Shown: in pieces, positions 37,339-47,699 of the stretch
Numbering within the stretch: position 1 is the stretch's first letter
How the letters are laid out: each line of letters opens with the position of its first letter
From: Candidatus Pacearchaeota archaeon
Lineage (GTDB): Archaea; Nanobdellota; Nanobdellia; Pacearchaeales; GW2011-AR1
Length of the DNA: 64,000 bases
Direction of reading: 5' to 3'
Assembly (NCBI GenBank): GCA_018304025.1
Contig: JAGVXA010000001.1
Coordinates: forward strand, 2,431 to 66,430
The notes under the pieces: model-generated
What the model was told of the DNA's origin: nothing
What the model saw: only the letters and a program-made list of their open reading frames with translations
Databases searched by the model: none
Made by a program: the position numbers and the translations under genes

Positions 37339-39191
37339 TTTTTGATTATTAAGTAGATTACATAAATCGGGCTTAAAAATGTTAGGACTAAAGCAAGAGT
37401 TACAATCCAGTGAGCTATCTTGTTTAGCAGAGTATCAAAAGAATTGTAGGTAATATAATAATCAAATTGCTTTTCTTTTGGAAGGTATCCTATATCGTAA
37501 ATCCACCAGTTCTTTGGCTGGCTGGCAATGCCGATTACAGAAGATTTTAACATTAATTCTGATTTGTATACATTTACTACTTTTTCTTTTGCTCCTGCAA
37601 TGAATGGATAATAAACTTCTGACCTTACCGGCTCTTCAAATTCTGCAACAAGAACTCCGTTTTTCTTGAAGAAATCTGCCAGAGATTCCATTGATGCGTT
37701 GAAGTCTGGCTGGTCTTTGACTGTTCCCCATCCGCAGTCGTCGGGAACGCATTCAAAAAAATATGTTTCAACGTTGATATCTTCGCCGGACAGCTGGTCT
37801 TTTGAATTAGCGAGATTCATGAAATCTATTCCTTCCAGATACGGCCTTCCTTGAAATGCCCAGTTTATTCTTCCACGATACATCCTGCTGTCTGCCACGA
37901 TTAATGCAGTTTTAGGTATATTTTTATCTTTAAACTGAATCATTTGGGAAATGTGGCTTTCGCCATAGAAATGAGATATTCCTGTTGCTGGAAGCCCCAA
38001 CAAAATTAAGGAGGCGATTAAAAGAACCACGACAAATATTTTGACTGCGTTCACTTTGTAAGTCTGGGAAATTTTTTGACCTGCCCCGTCGAGAAACAGC
38101 GCGCCCAAAGGAATCAAAAAGAGTTCCAGGAAAAGATAATGTTTTGCAAGAAGAATATTGGCGGCTAAAAATGGTAGAATAAAAAGAATGCTGAACAGCA
38201 AAAAGAAAAGATAATCTTTATCTTTTTTGCTTACGAACGTAAACAAAATTCCCAGCAAGCCGAGGTAAAAAACTATCGGGTCTCCCTTGCGAATAAAATC
38301 TGCGGCGCCCAATAAAAGAGGAACGCCGGAAACTATGTGCCTTGTGTCGCCAAAAAATAGCCCGGCCCAAGAGCTTGTCCTGTAAAATGCGGCGTCAAAT
38401 CCGTAATATTGCTCTGAAATATTCCTTCCCAAACCAAGAGTTCTTGTAAAATGCAAGTCCAAAAATCCCTTGTCTTTGTATAAAAGATAATTGTGGGTTA
38501 GTGTTGGGACTGCAAAAACAGCGGCGACTGCCAAGAATAAAATTATTTTTTTCGAATTTTCCCTCGTGATAATTTTTTCTTTATTTTTTCGTTTGATATA
38601 GACAAAATACAGGAGGAATGACGGAACAAAAAGCAGAGGATATGTTTTTGTATAAATTCCGAGTCCTAAAAACAAGCCGCTCATGATGTAATTTAAAGTC
38701 TTCTTTGTTTTTAACGCCCTGACAAAAAGAAGCATTGATACCAAGACGAAAAACATGGCCATCACATCCATTTCTGCTACGGTATTTTTAATATGGAACG
38801 GCGCAATCGCAAGCAGAAAGGAAGCCATCAGCGGAATTTTTTCGCTGAAAAATTCTTTTGTTAAGAGATAAATTACGAATATCGAAAGAGAACCGAAGAT
38901 TACGGCTGCGAGTCTCGACGCTAATTGCGTCGTTCCGAACCAATCATACATAACGCTTGTGAACGCATGCCACAAGCCAGCAGACTGCTCGTAAGTAATC
39001 AACCTGCCTGCGCTGTAGAAATTAATTGCATATGTAACGTGATGCATATCGTCAGCTGTAACAGGAAGATTTATTGCGGCGATTAATCTTAAAGCCAATC
39101 CGAGCAAGAAAATTAAGATTAGAAAGATTGTCTCTTTTTTCATACTGAACAAAGCGTTTATTGTTTTTTCCAGGTATTTATTCTCGTCCAT
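37335..39191 (-). CDS. GT-C fold (PMT/GT39/ArnT-like) glycosyltransferase
   Basis: LRL...TADD loop motif; about 12 TMs. Confidence 0.85.
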   Translation of the reverse strand: MDENKYLEKTINALFSMKKETIFLILIFLLGLALRLIAAINLPVTADDMHHVTYAINFYSAGRLITYEQSAGLWHAFTSVMYDWFGTTQLASRLAAVIFGSLSIFVIYLLTKEFFSEKIPLMASFLLAIAPFHIKNTVAEMDVMAMFFVLVSMLLFVRALKTKKTLNYIMSGLFLGLGIYTKTYPLLFVPSFLLYFVYIKRKNKEKIITRENSKKIILFLAVAAVFAVPTLTHNYLLYKDKGFLDLHFTRTLGLGRNISEQYYGFDAAFYRTSSWAGLFFGDTRHIVSGVPLLLGAADFIRKGDPIVFYLGLLGILFTFVSKKDKDYLFFLLFSILFILPFLAANILLAKHYLFLELFLIPLGALFLDGAGQKISQTYKVNAVKIFVVVLLIASLILLGLPATGISHFYGESHISQMIQFKDKNIPKTALIVADSRMYRGRINWAFQGRPYLEGIDFMNLANSKDQLSGEDINVETYFFECVPDDCGWGTVKDQPDFNASMESLADFFKKNGVLVAEFEEPVRSEVYYPFIAGAKEKVVNVYKSELMLKSSVIGIASQPKNWWIYDIGYLPKEKQFDYYITYNSFDTLLNKIAHWIVTLALVLTFLSPIYVIYLIIKK

Positions 39192-39282
39192 TATTTAATT
39201 ACCTTATTTAATATTAATTTCATTACAGGAGAATCTTTATAAACTTTAATCTTGGGCAGTTCAATCCAAGATTATGAAAAAA

Positions 39283-40770
39283 TTAAAAGTTTAGAGTGAG
39301 CATATAAATGCTTTTTAGAATATACCTTGCGTCTTCAAAACTTTTAATTTTAGACAAAAAATCTTTATAAAAAACAGAGGGATTTACATATGAAATTATT
39401 TTTTTAACGTAAAATGTTTTAACAATTTGATTTCTTAAATTATTCAGCTCGGAATTTGTAAAATGCAGGGTGTCATATTGCGTGTTCACTACATTGCTTG
39501 CGAATTTTATTTCAGAGAGAAGATTTTCTTTTTTAAAATCATTATACAAATCTGTTCCGTAAATTGGCTGCGCTGTATAAACAAATGGAAAATTTAAGCG
39601 CGAGTTTATAATGAATTTTTTTGTTTGTTCTATGTCTTCTATTGTTTCATAAGGGAAACCGATAATAAACGTCGAACAAACCCATATTCCCAGCTCGTGA
39701 CAAATAGAAATTAATTCGTTGATTTTGTCAAGATTTACGATTTTTCTGATATATCTTTGTGTTCGCGGAGACGCGGATTCGATTCCGAAAGTTATTCTGT
39801 AGAATCCAGCATCTTTCATTTTTGAGAGAACTTCCCTGTCCAGCGTCCAGAAAGCGACGCCATTTGGCGTGTCCCATTTTATGTCTATTTTTCTTTTGAT
39901 TATTTCTTCGCATATTTTTATTATTCGGTCTTTTTTCAAAGTAAGATTATCGTCTTGAATCCGGAATTGCTTTACGCCATATTTTTTTACAAGAAATTCT
40001 ATGTCGTCTACAACTTTTTTTGGACTTGCTCCGCGCCAGCATCTTCCCCAGATTACATGATTGCCGCAAAAAACGCAATTGCCCGGACAACCTCTGCTGG
40101 TTATAATATCTACTGAAGGATTTCTTAAAGTTGCCCTTGAATTGTCCAGATGATTAAAATAAACATTTAGGTCTATCAGGTGCCATGCGGGTGTTAATTG
40201 GTCTATTTCTTCGATGAATTCTCTTGGCTTGTTAATTTTTATTTTTCCTTTAACTCTGACTGCTGTTCCCTTAATATTCGCCAGATCTTTTTTTTGTTCA
40301 AATTTTTGAGCTATCTCTAGGATTGTTTTTTCTCCCTCGCCAATAACTGCGATGTCAATTTTTTTGTTTCGCATAACATATTTTGGAACCGCAGAAGAAT
40401 GCGCTCCGCCCACCACAAGAAGAAATTTTTTATTGATTTGTTTTTCCATATCTCTTATCAGGTCTATCAACTCAAAAGAATCTTTTTCGTAGGTTGTAAA
40501 CGCACAAGAAACTCCGATTATATCTGGATTGTATTCTTTAATCTCTGCTTTTATTTCTTCCGGGTAAGAGCCTATTTTGTCGGTGGTTCCATTAACTTTT
40601 TTTCTTTTTTTGTAATACACAGGACAATCAAGAATTTTGACATTGAATCCATTTTTTTCCAGATAGTCCGCCATATAAAGAAAACCCAGCGGAAATTTTA
40701 AATTGTTGACTTTGAATTTATTGTCTACGGATTGCGGCGGATTTATGAACATTATTTTTGTTTTTTCCAT
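39283..40770 (-). CDS. B12-binding domain radical SAM protein
   Basis: PLGFLY, VVGGAH, GEGE, TSRGCPGNCVFC, FGIES, FIIGFPYET. Confidence 0.93.
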   Translation of the reverse strand: MEKTKIMFINPPQSVDNKFKVNNLKFPLGFLYMADYLEKNGFNVKILDCPVYYKKRKKVNGTTDKIGSYPEEIKAEIKEYNPDIIGVSCAFTTYEKDSFELIDLIRDMEKQINKKFLLVVGGAHSSAVPKYVMRNKKIDIAVIGEGEKTILEIAQKFEQKKDLANIKGTAVRVKGKIKINKPREFIEEIDQLTPAWHLIDLNVYFNHLDNSRATLRNPSVDIITSRGCPGNCVFCGNHVIWGRCWRGASPKKVVDDIEFLVKKYGVKQFRIQDDNLTLKKDRIIKICEEIIKRKIDIKWDTPNGVAFWTLDREVLSKMKDAGFYRITFGIESASPRTQRYIRKIVNLDKINELISICHELGIWVCSTFIIGFPYETIEDIEQTKKFIINSRLNFPFVYTAQPIYGTDLYNDFKKENLLSEIKFASNVVNTQYDTLHFTNSELNNLRNQIVKTFYVKKIISYVNPSVFYKDFLSKIKSFEDARYILKSIYMLTLNF

Positions 40771-40851
40771 GAGGAGAAAGCAGAATTGCTGTTTATATAT
40801 TTTTCTTGAAAGTACAGAAATGGTTATATATTATATTAAAAATGAAGAAAT

Positions 40852-41631
40852 GTGAAGGTATCTGTAATAATCCCTGCATATAATGAAGAAAAGAGAATAG
40901 GCAGAACGCTAGAAAAATATTCTCTTTATTTTGAAAATTTAAGAAAGAGCAACCAATTAGATTATGAAATTTTAGTGGTCATCAACAACACCACTGACAG
41001 AACTGAGGAAATCGTGAAAAAAAGCGCTGAAAAAAACAAGCGAATTAATTTTTTAAATTTGAAACCCGGCGGAAAGGGTTATGCCATCAGAGAAGGATTC
41101 AGGAAAGCATTAGACGATGAAAATGATTTAATTGGTTTTGTTGACGCTGATATGTCTACCCTGCCTGAAGATTTTTATTTTTTAATCAGAAAAATTGGAA
41201 GAGATGACGGGATTATTGCGAGCAGGTATGTCAAAGGTTCTGTTGTAAAACCCCGGCCTTCGATACAAAGAACTGCGGCATCGAGGGTATTTAATGTTTT
41301 TATAAGAGGGCTGCTTTTTATGCCCTACAGAGACACGCAATGCGGGGCAAAATTATTTAAGACTGAAGCGTTAAAAAAAACAATTTCTGATATAAGCATG
41401 TCGCAATGGGCGTTTGACGTCGATCTTCTTTATTGCCTGAGAAAAAGAAATTACAAAATAAAAGAAGTTCCTACGAGATGGTCTGACAGGGAATATTCAA
41501 AAATTAATTTCATGCAGGCTGGACCTTTGATGGCTTTGGCTATTTTGAGATTAAGGTTAATTAATTCTCCGTTCAAGAGTTTTATCAGGATATATAATTT
41601 TATGTTTAACAGCTTAAAAAATATAGGATGA
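40852..41631 (+). CDS. Dolichyl-phosphate beta-glucosyltransferase-like GT2
   Basis: IIPAYNEEKRI, GKG, FVDAD, DTQCGAK, FDVDLL. Confidence 0.9.
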   Translation: MKVSVIIPAYNEEKRIGRTLEKYSLYFENLRKSNQLDYEILVVINNTTDRTEEIVKKSAEKNKRINFLNLKPGGKGYAIREGFRKALDDENDLIGFVDADMSTLPEDFYFLIRKIGRDDGIIASRYVKGSVVKPRPSIQRTAASRVFNVFIRGLLFMPYRDTQCGAKLFKTEALKKTISDISMSQWAFDVDLLYCLRKRNYKIKEVPTRWSDREYSKINFMQAGPLMALAILRLRLINSPFKSFIRIYNFMFNSLKNIG

Positions 41632-41655
41632 TAATTTTGATTTGATTAAAGAAAG

Positions 41656-42135
41656 CTAAAGAAGTTCCCTTTTTAATTGCTGCAAATATTCTACTGCTCG
41701 TTCTCTATCGTTTTCGCTTGGGGCCCATGGAGCAAATTTCTTATAACTATCTGGAAAATAAGGCCCTTCACTAAGTTCATACATAATAGAGTTTCTTTCT
41801 AATGCTACAGCTGTATGATATGTGCGGTTCGGTATTTCTATGAAGATATGGTCTGTACTGGACAAAAGCATTTTATCGTTTATCTTTCCTTCTTCAGTAA
41901 AAATTAAAACAGCTATTTTTCCTTGCAGAGGCATCCAAATTTCCTGTCCGTTTAGATTTGGATGTAAGTGGGGAGCCACATAACTGTCTTGCTGGATGCA
42001 ATTGATTATGCATCTTGTTCCTAATTTTTCTGAAGGATGAAACGGAAGAGCGGCTCTTTTTCGGAGAGAGGCGTTAGACTTTTCGATTAAACTTTGTATT
42101 TCTTCTCTTGTTAATTTTAACATATGAGTTTTCAA
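41656..42135 (-). CDS. WbuC family cupin
   Basis: RKRA, YVAPHLH, YHT, EGPY, FAPWAPSE. Confidence 0.85.
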   Translation of the reverse strand: MKTHMLKLTREEIQSLIEKSNASLRKRAALPFHPSEKLGTRCIINCIQQDSYVAPHLHPNLNGQEIWMPLQGKIAVLIFTEEGKINDKMLLSSTDHIFIEIPNRTYHTAVALERNSIMYELSEGPYFPDSYKKFAPWAPSENDRERAVEYLQQLKRELL

Positions 42136-42260
42136 TCATTTGGGTTTTTATATTTTTGTTTATCGCGTATCATAATCTTGTAAAAAGTTTTGCAAGAGAG
42201 TTTTATTGAAATGAAAAAGATTGCAATAAACCTTTTAAATCCCATTATATAGAAGAATAA

Positions 42261-42983
42261 ATGAAGTGCGCTATTTTATGCGGAGGAATGGGAGCAAGAT
42301 TGGGAGAGTTAGGAGAATATCTTCCGAAGCCTCTTATGAGAATAGGGGACAAAGCAGTATTGGAACATATAATGGATCATTATGCAAAACATGGAATAAC
42401 TGATTTTGTCTTGTGCTTAGGACATCTTGGAGACAAGATAGTGCGATATTTTTCTAATAAGGGTACGAATTACAAAATAGAATTTGTTGATACTGGAGAA
42501 AAATCTACTAAAATAGACAGATTATTAAAAGTTAAAGAAATTTTAGGAGATACATTCTTAGTCTCGTATGGTGATGACTTATGCAATATTAATATTCAAA
42601 AATTAATTAAGTTCCATAATAAAGAAGGAAGAATGTCTACCTTAACAGTTGTTCGCTTGCCAAGTTCTTATGGTGTTCTAACCTTGCATGATTTTGAACC
42701 TCATTTGGTTTCTGAATTTAAAGAAAAACCCCTGATTCATGAATGGATTAATGGAGGGTATTTTGTATTCGACAAAAGAATATTTGACTACATAAAAGAA
42801 GGAGAAGAACTTGAGGACCATGTTTTGGTTAGATTAGCCAAAGAAAAACAACTTGCGGCATTCAGACACGACGGATTTTGGAAATCCATGAATACATTAA
42901 AAGATTCTGTTGAATTAAATGAAATGTTTGACCGGGGAGAATTAAAGGATTTATTTGGAGGAGTTAATGGCTTGGCAGATTAA
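42261..42983 (+). CDS. rfbF: Glucose-1-phosphate cytidylyltransferase-like
   Basis: ILCGGMGARL, PKPL, VDTG, WINGGYFV, HDGFWKSMNTLKD. Confidence 0.85.
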   Translation: MKCAILCGGMGARLGELGEYLPKPLMRIGDKAVLEHIMDHYAKHGITDFVLCLGHLGDKIVRYFSNKGTNYKIEFVDTGEKSTKIDRLLKVKEILGDTFLVSYGDDLCNINIQKLIKFHNKEGRMSTLTVVRLPSSYGVLTLHDFEPHLVSEFKEKPLIHEWINGGYFVFDKRIFDYIKEGEELEDHVLVRLAKEKQLAAFRHDGFWKSMNTLKDSVELNEMFDRGELKDLFGGVNGLAD

Positions 42984-43953
42984 TAGTAATTTTTGGAGAA
43001 GCAGAAAAGTTTTTGTTACTGGAGGAACTGGATTTATAGGAACTTACCTTGTTAATGAATTGGTTAAAAATGGTGCGGATGTTTACTGTTTGGTTTTAGA
43101 AATACAAAAAGAATCTAATTTTATTAAACTTGGTTTGGACAAAAAAGTTTCTTTAATTTATGGGAATATTTTAGATTTTGACTTGATTAGGCTTGTCTTG
43201 GATAAATACGACATTGACACGGCTTTTCATCTTGCTGCGCAACCTTTAGTCCAGATTGCGATTAAAAAACCTTCTGAAACTATCCGAACAAATGTTATAG
43301 GAACATTAAATTTGCTTGAAGCGTGCAGATTAAATAATGTTAAAAGAGTTTTGATTGCTTCGTCTGATAAAGCTTATGGGAGTCATGAAAATCTGCCCTA
43401 CGACGAATCGTTTTCATTACATGGCGAGTATCCTTACGACGTATCAAAATCCTGTACTGACTTATTAGCACAGTCTTATGCTAAAAGTTATGGCATGCAT
43501 ATTGGTATATCTAGATCTGCAAATGCTTATGGCGGGGGAGATTTGAATTTTGACAGAATTGTCCCAGAAACTATCAAGCACATCTTGTTTGGCGAGCCCA
43601 TTTTGATAAGAAGCAACGGTAAATTCAAAAGAGAATTTTTCTATGTGAAAGATGCTGCAAAAGCCTATCTTGTCATGGGGGAAAAACTTGAAGAGCTTGG
43701 CTTGAAAGGAGAAGCCTTTAATTTTGGAACTGACCAGCCTGTTGTGATATTAGATTTGGTTCGTAAAATCGTAGAAATTTCTGGGAAACATGATACGGAG
43801 ATAAAAATCTTAAATGAGGCAAAAGCAGAGATTAAAGATCAGTTTTTATCAAATAAAAAAGCGAGAAGCGTTCTTAATTGGAGTCCGGAATATGACTTGG
43901 ACAGAGGACTAAGAGAAACATATGAGTGGTATAAAGATCATTTCGGAAAATGA
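42967..43953 (+). CDS. rfbG: CDP-glucose 4,6-dehydratase-like NAD-dependent epimerase/dehydratase
   Basis: FW..RKVFVTGGTGFIG, HLAAQPLV, SSDKAY, YDVSK, NAYGGGD. Confidence 0.8.
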   Translation: MAWQINSNFWRSRKVFVTGGTGFIGTYLVNELVKNGADVYCLVLEIQKESNFIKLGLDKKVSLIYGNILDFDLIRLVLDKYDIDTAFHLAAQPLVQIAIKKPSETIRTNVIGTLNLLEACRLNNVKRVLIASSDKAYGSHENLPYDESFSLHGEYPYDVSKSCTDLLAQSYAKSYGMHIGISRSANAYGGGDLNFDRIVPETIKHILFGEPILIRSNGKFKREFFYVKDAAKAYLVMGEKLEELGLKGEAFNFGTDQPVVILDLVRKIVEISGKHDTEIKILNEAKAEIKDQFLSNKKARSVLNWSPEYDLDRGLRETYEWYKDHFGK

Positions 43954-44963
43954 ACACTAAGAAAAAAACAAAGCCAGTTATAACTTTTTCAGTGGTTATT
44001 CCTACGAGAAAAATCAATGATTATATCCGCGAAGCTATTCCTTATCATTTGAACCAGAAATACCAGAATTTTGAAATAATAATTTTGACTGAAGCTAATG
44101 AAAAAGAAAAATTTCCTAAAACAAGAATTATTAAAGTTGGTCAAATTCCTCCTTCTGAAAAAAGAAATATTGGAGTAGAAGCGTCAAGAGGAAAAATAAT
44201 TGCTTTTATCGACGACGATGCTTATCCTGAAAAGGACTGGCTGGAAAATGCAGTTAAAGAATTTGAAGATGAAAAAGTAGTTGGTGTTGGCGGGCCGGGG
44301 CTTGTTCCTCGCGGGGCGAGTTTTTTCCAGAAAGTTTCCAATGAAGTCTATAAATTAAGCTCTCCAAAAACAGGAATAAGATACGGCAAGGGAAAAAGAA
44401 AAATAGTTGAAGATTGGCTGACGTGCAATCTTTTTGTCAGAAGAAAAGATTTTTTAGACGTGGGAGGATTTAATTCGAAATATTGGGGAGGGGAAGATAC
44501 CCAGGTATGTTATGAACTTACAAAAAACGGAAAAAAAATAATTTACAATCCGGGAGTTGTTGTTTACCATCATCCAAGAAAAAACTTGAAAGCTCATCTG
44601 AGACAAACTCTTTTTTGGGCTATGTGGAGAGGATTTTTAGTCCGGTGCTACCCAAAAGATTCAACTAGGCTGACTTTTTTTGCTCCGTCTCTTCTTGTTT
44701 TGTGGCTGTTTTTTGGCGGATTTCTTTCTTTAATTTCAAAAAATTTTGGTTACTTGTATTTAGGAGTTTTTATTCTATATTTTATTTTTCTTTTTGCCGT
44801 CGGAATAAGAACAAAGAGCCTGAAGCTTTTTTTCCCAGTTATTTTTGTAATGGTTCTAACGCAATTGATTTATGGAGTTGGTTTTTTGAAAGGGATTGTT
44901 TTTGGCGAGCCAACCAAAGAAACGTTTAATCCTTCAGAAAAAATTAAAATTAAGCAAAACTGA
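43950..44963 (+). CDS. GT2 glycosyltransferase with C-terminal TMs
   Basis: KRNIG, FIDDDAYP, GGF...GED. Confidence 0.9.
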   Translation: MNTKKKTKPVITFSVVIPTRKINDYIREAIPYHLNQKYQNFEIIILTEANEKEKFPKTRIIKVGQIPPSEKRNIGVEASRGKIIAFIDDDAYPEKDWLENAVKEFEDEKVVGVGGPGLVPRGASFFQKVSNEVYKLSSPKTGIRYGKGKRKIVEDWLTCNLFVRRKDFLDVGGFNSKYWGGEDTQVCYELTKNGKKIIYNPGVVVYHHPRKNLKAHLRQTLFWAMWRGFLVRCYPKDSTRLTFFAPSLLVLWLFFGGFLSLISKNFGYLYLGVFILYFIFLFAVGIRTKSLKLFFPVIFVMVLTQLIYGVGFLKGIVFGEPTKETFNPSEKIKIKQN

Positions 44964-44980
44964 AAAGAAGACAAGAATGC

Positions 44981-46423
44981 TTATTGTTTTACAAAATTCA
45001 CGAATCTTTTAAGATAGAAGAATCCTTCTTTTGAAAAATAGAGAAAAGATTTTGGATCATTTATCAGAGTTTTCATAAATGTGGTGTACACAAAAGAGCG
45101 ACATTTTTTCTTTGCTGCGGAATATATTTTAACAAATTCTTCAACTTTTATGTCTGGGTCTAAAAGAAGAGGGCTTTCTTTATGGTAAAAGTCAGAAAGA
45201 TACTCGTAAAAATCACCTTCCAATTTCCCCCTCTGCTTTGCGATATCCCAAAATTCTGTCGACGGCAAAGGGATTAATATCTGCAGCCACAACCTCATGA
45301 CGCCGATGCGTTTTCCGTAATCGATAAAATCGAGAGTTTTTTTCATGTCTTCTAATTTTTCTGTCGGCATTCCTATCATCAAACATCCGGCTACATTTAA
45401 TTTGTGCTTTATGCATAAACGCATTGCGTTTCGGTTTGTCTCGGCGGATAATGTTTCGTCTTTTTTTACGTATCTTAATATTCTATCTGAACCAGATTCA
45501 AATCCGAATACTACTGTCTTGACATTTAAACTTTGCAACAGGGCGCACATCTCTTCATCAATTGTGTTCGCCCTTGCCTGACACGAGAATGTTACTTTTC
45601 CAAGTAGATTAGATTTTTTTAATTCTTCCCTGAGTTTTTGCAGTCTTGCCTTGTTTATTGAAAATAGGTCGTCAAAAAAATCAATGTGCCGAACTCCATA
45701 ATCATGATAGAGTGTTTTTATTTCGTCGACGACATTTTCGATTGCTCTAAAACGAATTGTGCGCCAGCAGGCTTTGATAGAACAGAACCTGCAATCATAC
45801 GGGCAGCCAATTGATGTCATCATGCCGCATGAAACTCCAAAAGAATAAACTTCCGGGATAAATTTTGTTTTAAAATATCCTGGGTTTAGAAGGCTATAGT
45901 CAATCGGAAAAAGATGATCGATATTATTGCTTGCTTTTCTTCTTTCGGTTTTTTTTACAATGTCCTTCTCATGATATATAAGCCCCTGAATTTTTTTAAC
46001 GCTCTGGTTTGACTGCAATTTTTTAATCAGCTCTACGAATGTTTGCTCTCCTTCGCCAATAACGCCGAAATCAAAAACAGGATCAAGGGATTCCGGCAAT
46101 GTCGTGATGTGGGGGCCGCCGACGACAATTTTTACATCTGGAAATATTGCCTTGACTTTTTTTCCAAATGCAATTGCTTTTTTATACGATTGGGTAAATG
46201 TTGTGAAACCGACAATGTCCGGCTTGAAACGCGCAAGTTCTGCCAGAACATCATCGAATGTATTATCATAGAGGCGAACAGTGACATTTTTGCAATGTTC
46301 TTTTACATATTTTGTAATTATCAGAGTACCGATAATTGGAAATCGAAAATCGTTTTCTGGCAGTGATACGATTGCGATTTTTAGCGGGATTTTCGAGCTT
46401 TCTTTTGAAATGGTCTGCTGCAT
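44981..46423 (-). CDS. B12-binding domain radical SAM protein
   Basis: VVGGPHIT, GEGE, TSIGCPYDCRFC, FGFESGS, MIGMPTE. Confidence 0.93.
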   Translation of the reverse strand: MQQTISKESSKIPLKIAIVSLPENDFRFPIIGTLIITKYVKEHCKNVTVRLYDNTFDDVLAELARFKPDIVGFTTFTQSYKKAIAFGKKVKAIFPDVKIVVGGPHITTLPESLDPVFDFGVIGEGEQTFVELIKKLQSNQSVKKIQGLIYHEKDIVKKTERRKASNNIDHLFPIDYSLLNPGYFKTKFIPEVYSFGVSCGMMTSIGCPYDCRFCSIKACWRTIRFRAIENVVDEIKTLYHDYGVRHIDFFDDLFSINKARLQKLREELKKSNLLGKVTFSCQARANTIDEEMCALLQSLNVKTVVFGFESGSDRILRYVKKDETLSAETNRNAMRLCIKHKLNVAGCLMIGMPTEKLEDMKKTLDFIDYGKRIGVMRLWLQILIPLPSTEFWDIAKQRGKLEGDFYEYLSDFYHKESPLLLDPDIKVEEFVKIYSAAKKKCRSFVYTTFMKTLINDPKSFLYFSKEGFFYLKRFVNFVKQ

Positions 46424-46545
46424 TATTTTCCTTGAGCGATTGAATTAATAAACTTTTTTATGCATTAGTTGCCTCGCTTATTCAAATTATATAGTTTAAA
46501 TACAGAAACTTTATTAATGTTAAATTCGCGGAAGATGCAACTAAA

Positions 46546-46593
46546 ATGAAACTGAATTTAGAATATCAGCTCTGTTCCTCGCGAGATAAATAA
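46546..46593 (+). pseudogene. Remnant 15-codon ORF (MKLNLEYQLCSSRDK) with a duplicated promoter
   Basis: Promoter and first five codons resemble those of the methyltransferase at 50907 (MKLNLG). Confidence 0.5.
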
Positions 46594-46594
46594 A

Positions 46595-47689
46595 ATGTCA
46601 TTTTATGCAGAAATAATAAAATCAGGCATAGTTTTTAGGAGACCTTTTAGAGCAGCGTCTAATGCTTTTCAGGTTTTTAGATCGGCGCCGAAGGCGGGAA
46701 AACCGTTTATGCTAAAATTTGAAAGCTCTGCTATATGCAATCTTAGATGCAAAATGTGCCCTCTGAGCAACGGGCTATCCAGAAAAACAGGAGTGCTGGC
46801 TTTTAAAAATTTTAAAAAAGTTTATGATGAATTAACTCCCTGCTACTTGAATCTTACGGGAATTGGAGAGCCTTTATTGAATCCGGAAATTTTCAAGATT
46901 ATTGAATATGCCAGAAAAAAAGGGAGCTTGGTCAAGATGGATACAAACGCCACGCTTTTAACTGATGAAAAAATAAAAAAACTAATAGACGCGGATCCGA
47001 CATTTCTTTCGGTTTCACTAGACGGCATAACCAAGGAAAGCTACAATTCAATCAGAAGAGGCGCTAACTTTGACGACGTTATCCAGAATTTAAAAAAATT
47101 AGTCAAATACAGAAACAAAGTGAACAGCAAAACGAAGATACACTTATTTTTGGTTCTGCAGAAAGATAATGTCTTGGACTTGCCCGAGTTTATACGATTT
47201 GGAGACAAACTTGGAATTGATGCTGTAAACAGCACTATTGTAACTCCCCTTGGAAAAAATAAAAATTTGGGTAGCTTGAAAATAAAAGAAGAAGACAAAA
47301 AAAGAATAAAGGAAGAGATAGACAAATTAAAAGGAAAAATAAAAATTAGTCTTAATATAGAAAGCGTATACAATTTCTTAACTGGAAAAGTTGAGACGAT
47401 GCAAGACAAAAAATGTTTTTGGCCGTGGTATCAATTTTCTCTTACGTGGGATGGATATGTTACTCCGTGCTGCGTGCTTTGCGACAATGAAATTGTTTTG
47501 GGAAATGCGTTTAAGGAAAATTCTATGAAAGTATGGAACAACCAGAAGATGCAGCAGTTTAGAAAACAGATGATAAGACAAAGAGCGGGATTGTGCTTGA
47601 CTTGCAGTGTTGATGAAAGTTTTATTTATAATAAATTCAAGCCGTTTTATAAAACTCCGTTGATAAATCTTTTGTCTTACAGGAGATAA
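46595..47689 (+). CDS. Radical SAM protein with SPASM/twitch domain
   Basis: CNLRCKMC, GIGEPLL, SLDG; CFWPW...GYVTPCC...LGN...CLTC. Confidence 0.92.
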   Translation: MSFYAEIIKSGIVFRRPFRAASNAFQVFRSAPKAGKPFMLKFESSAICNLRCKMCPLSNGLSRKTGVLAFKNFKKVYDELTPCYLNLTGIGEPLLNPEIFKIIEYARKKGSLVKMDTNATLLTDEKIKKLIDADPTFLSVSLDGITKESYNSIRRGANFDDVIQNLKKLVKYRNKVNSKTKIHLFLVLQKDNVLDLPEFIRFGDKLGIDAVNSTIVTPLGKNKNLGSLKIKEEDKKRIKEEIDKLKGKIKISLNIESVYNFLTGKVETMQDKKCFWPWYQFSLTWDGYVTPCCVLCDNEIVLGNAFKENSMKVWNNQKMQQFRKQMIRQRAGLCLTCSVDESFIYNKFKPFYKTPLINLLSYRR

Positions 47690-47699
47690 AATAAATAAA

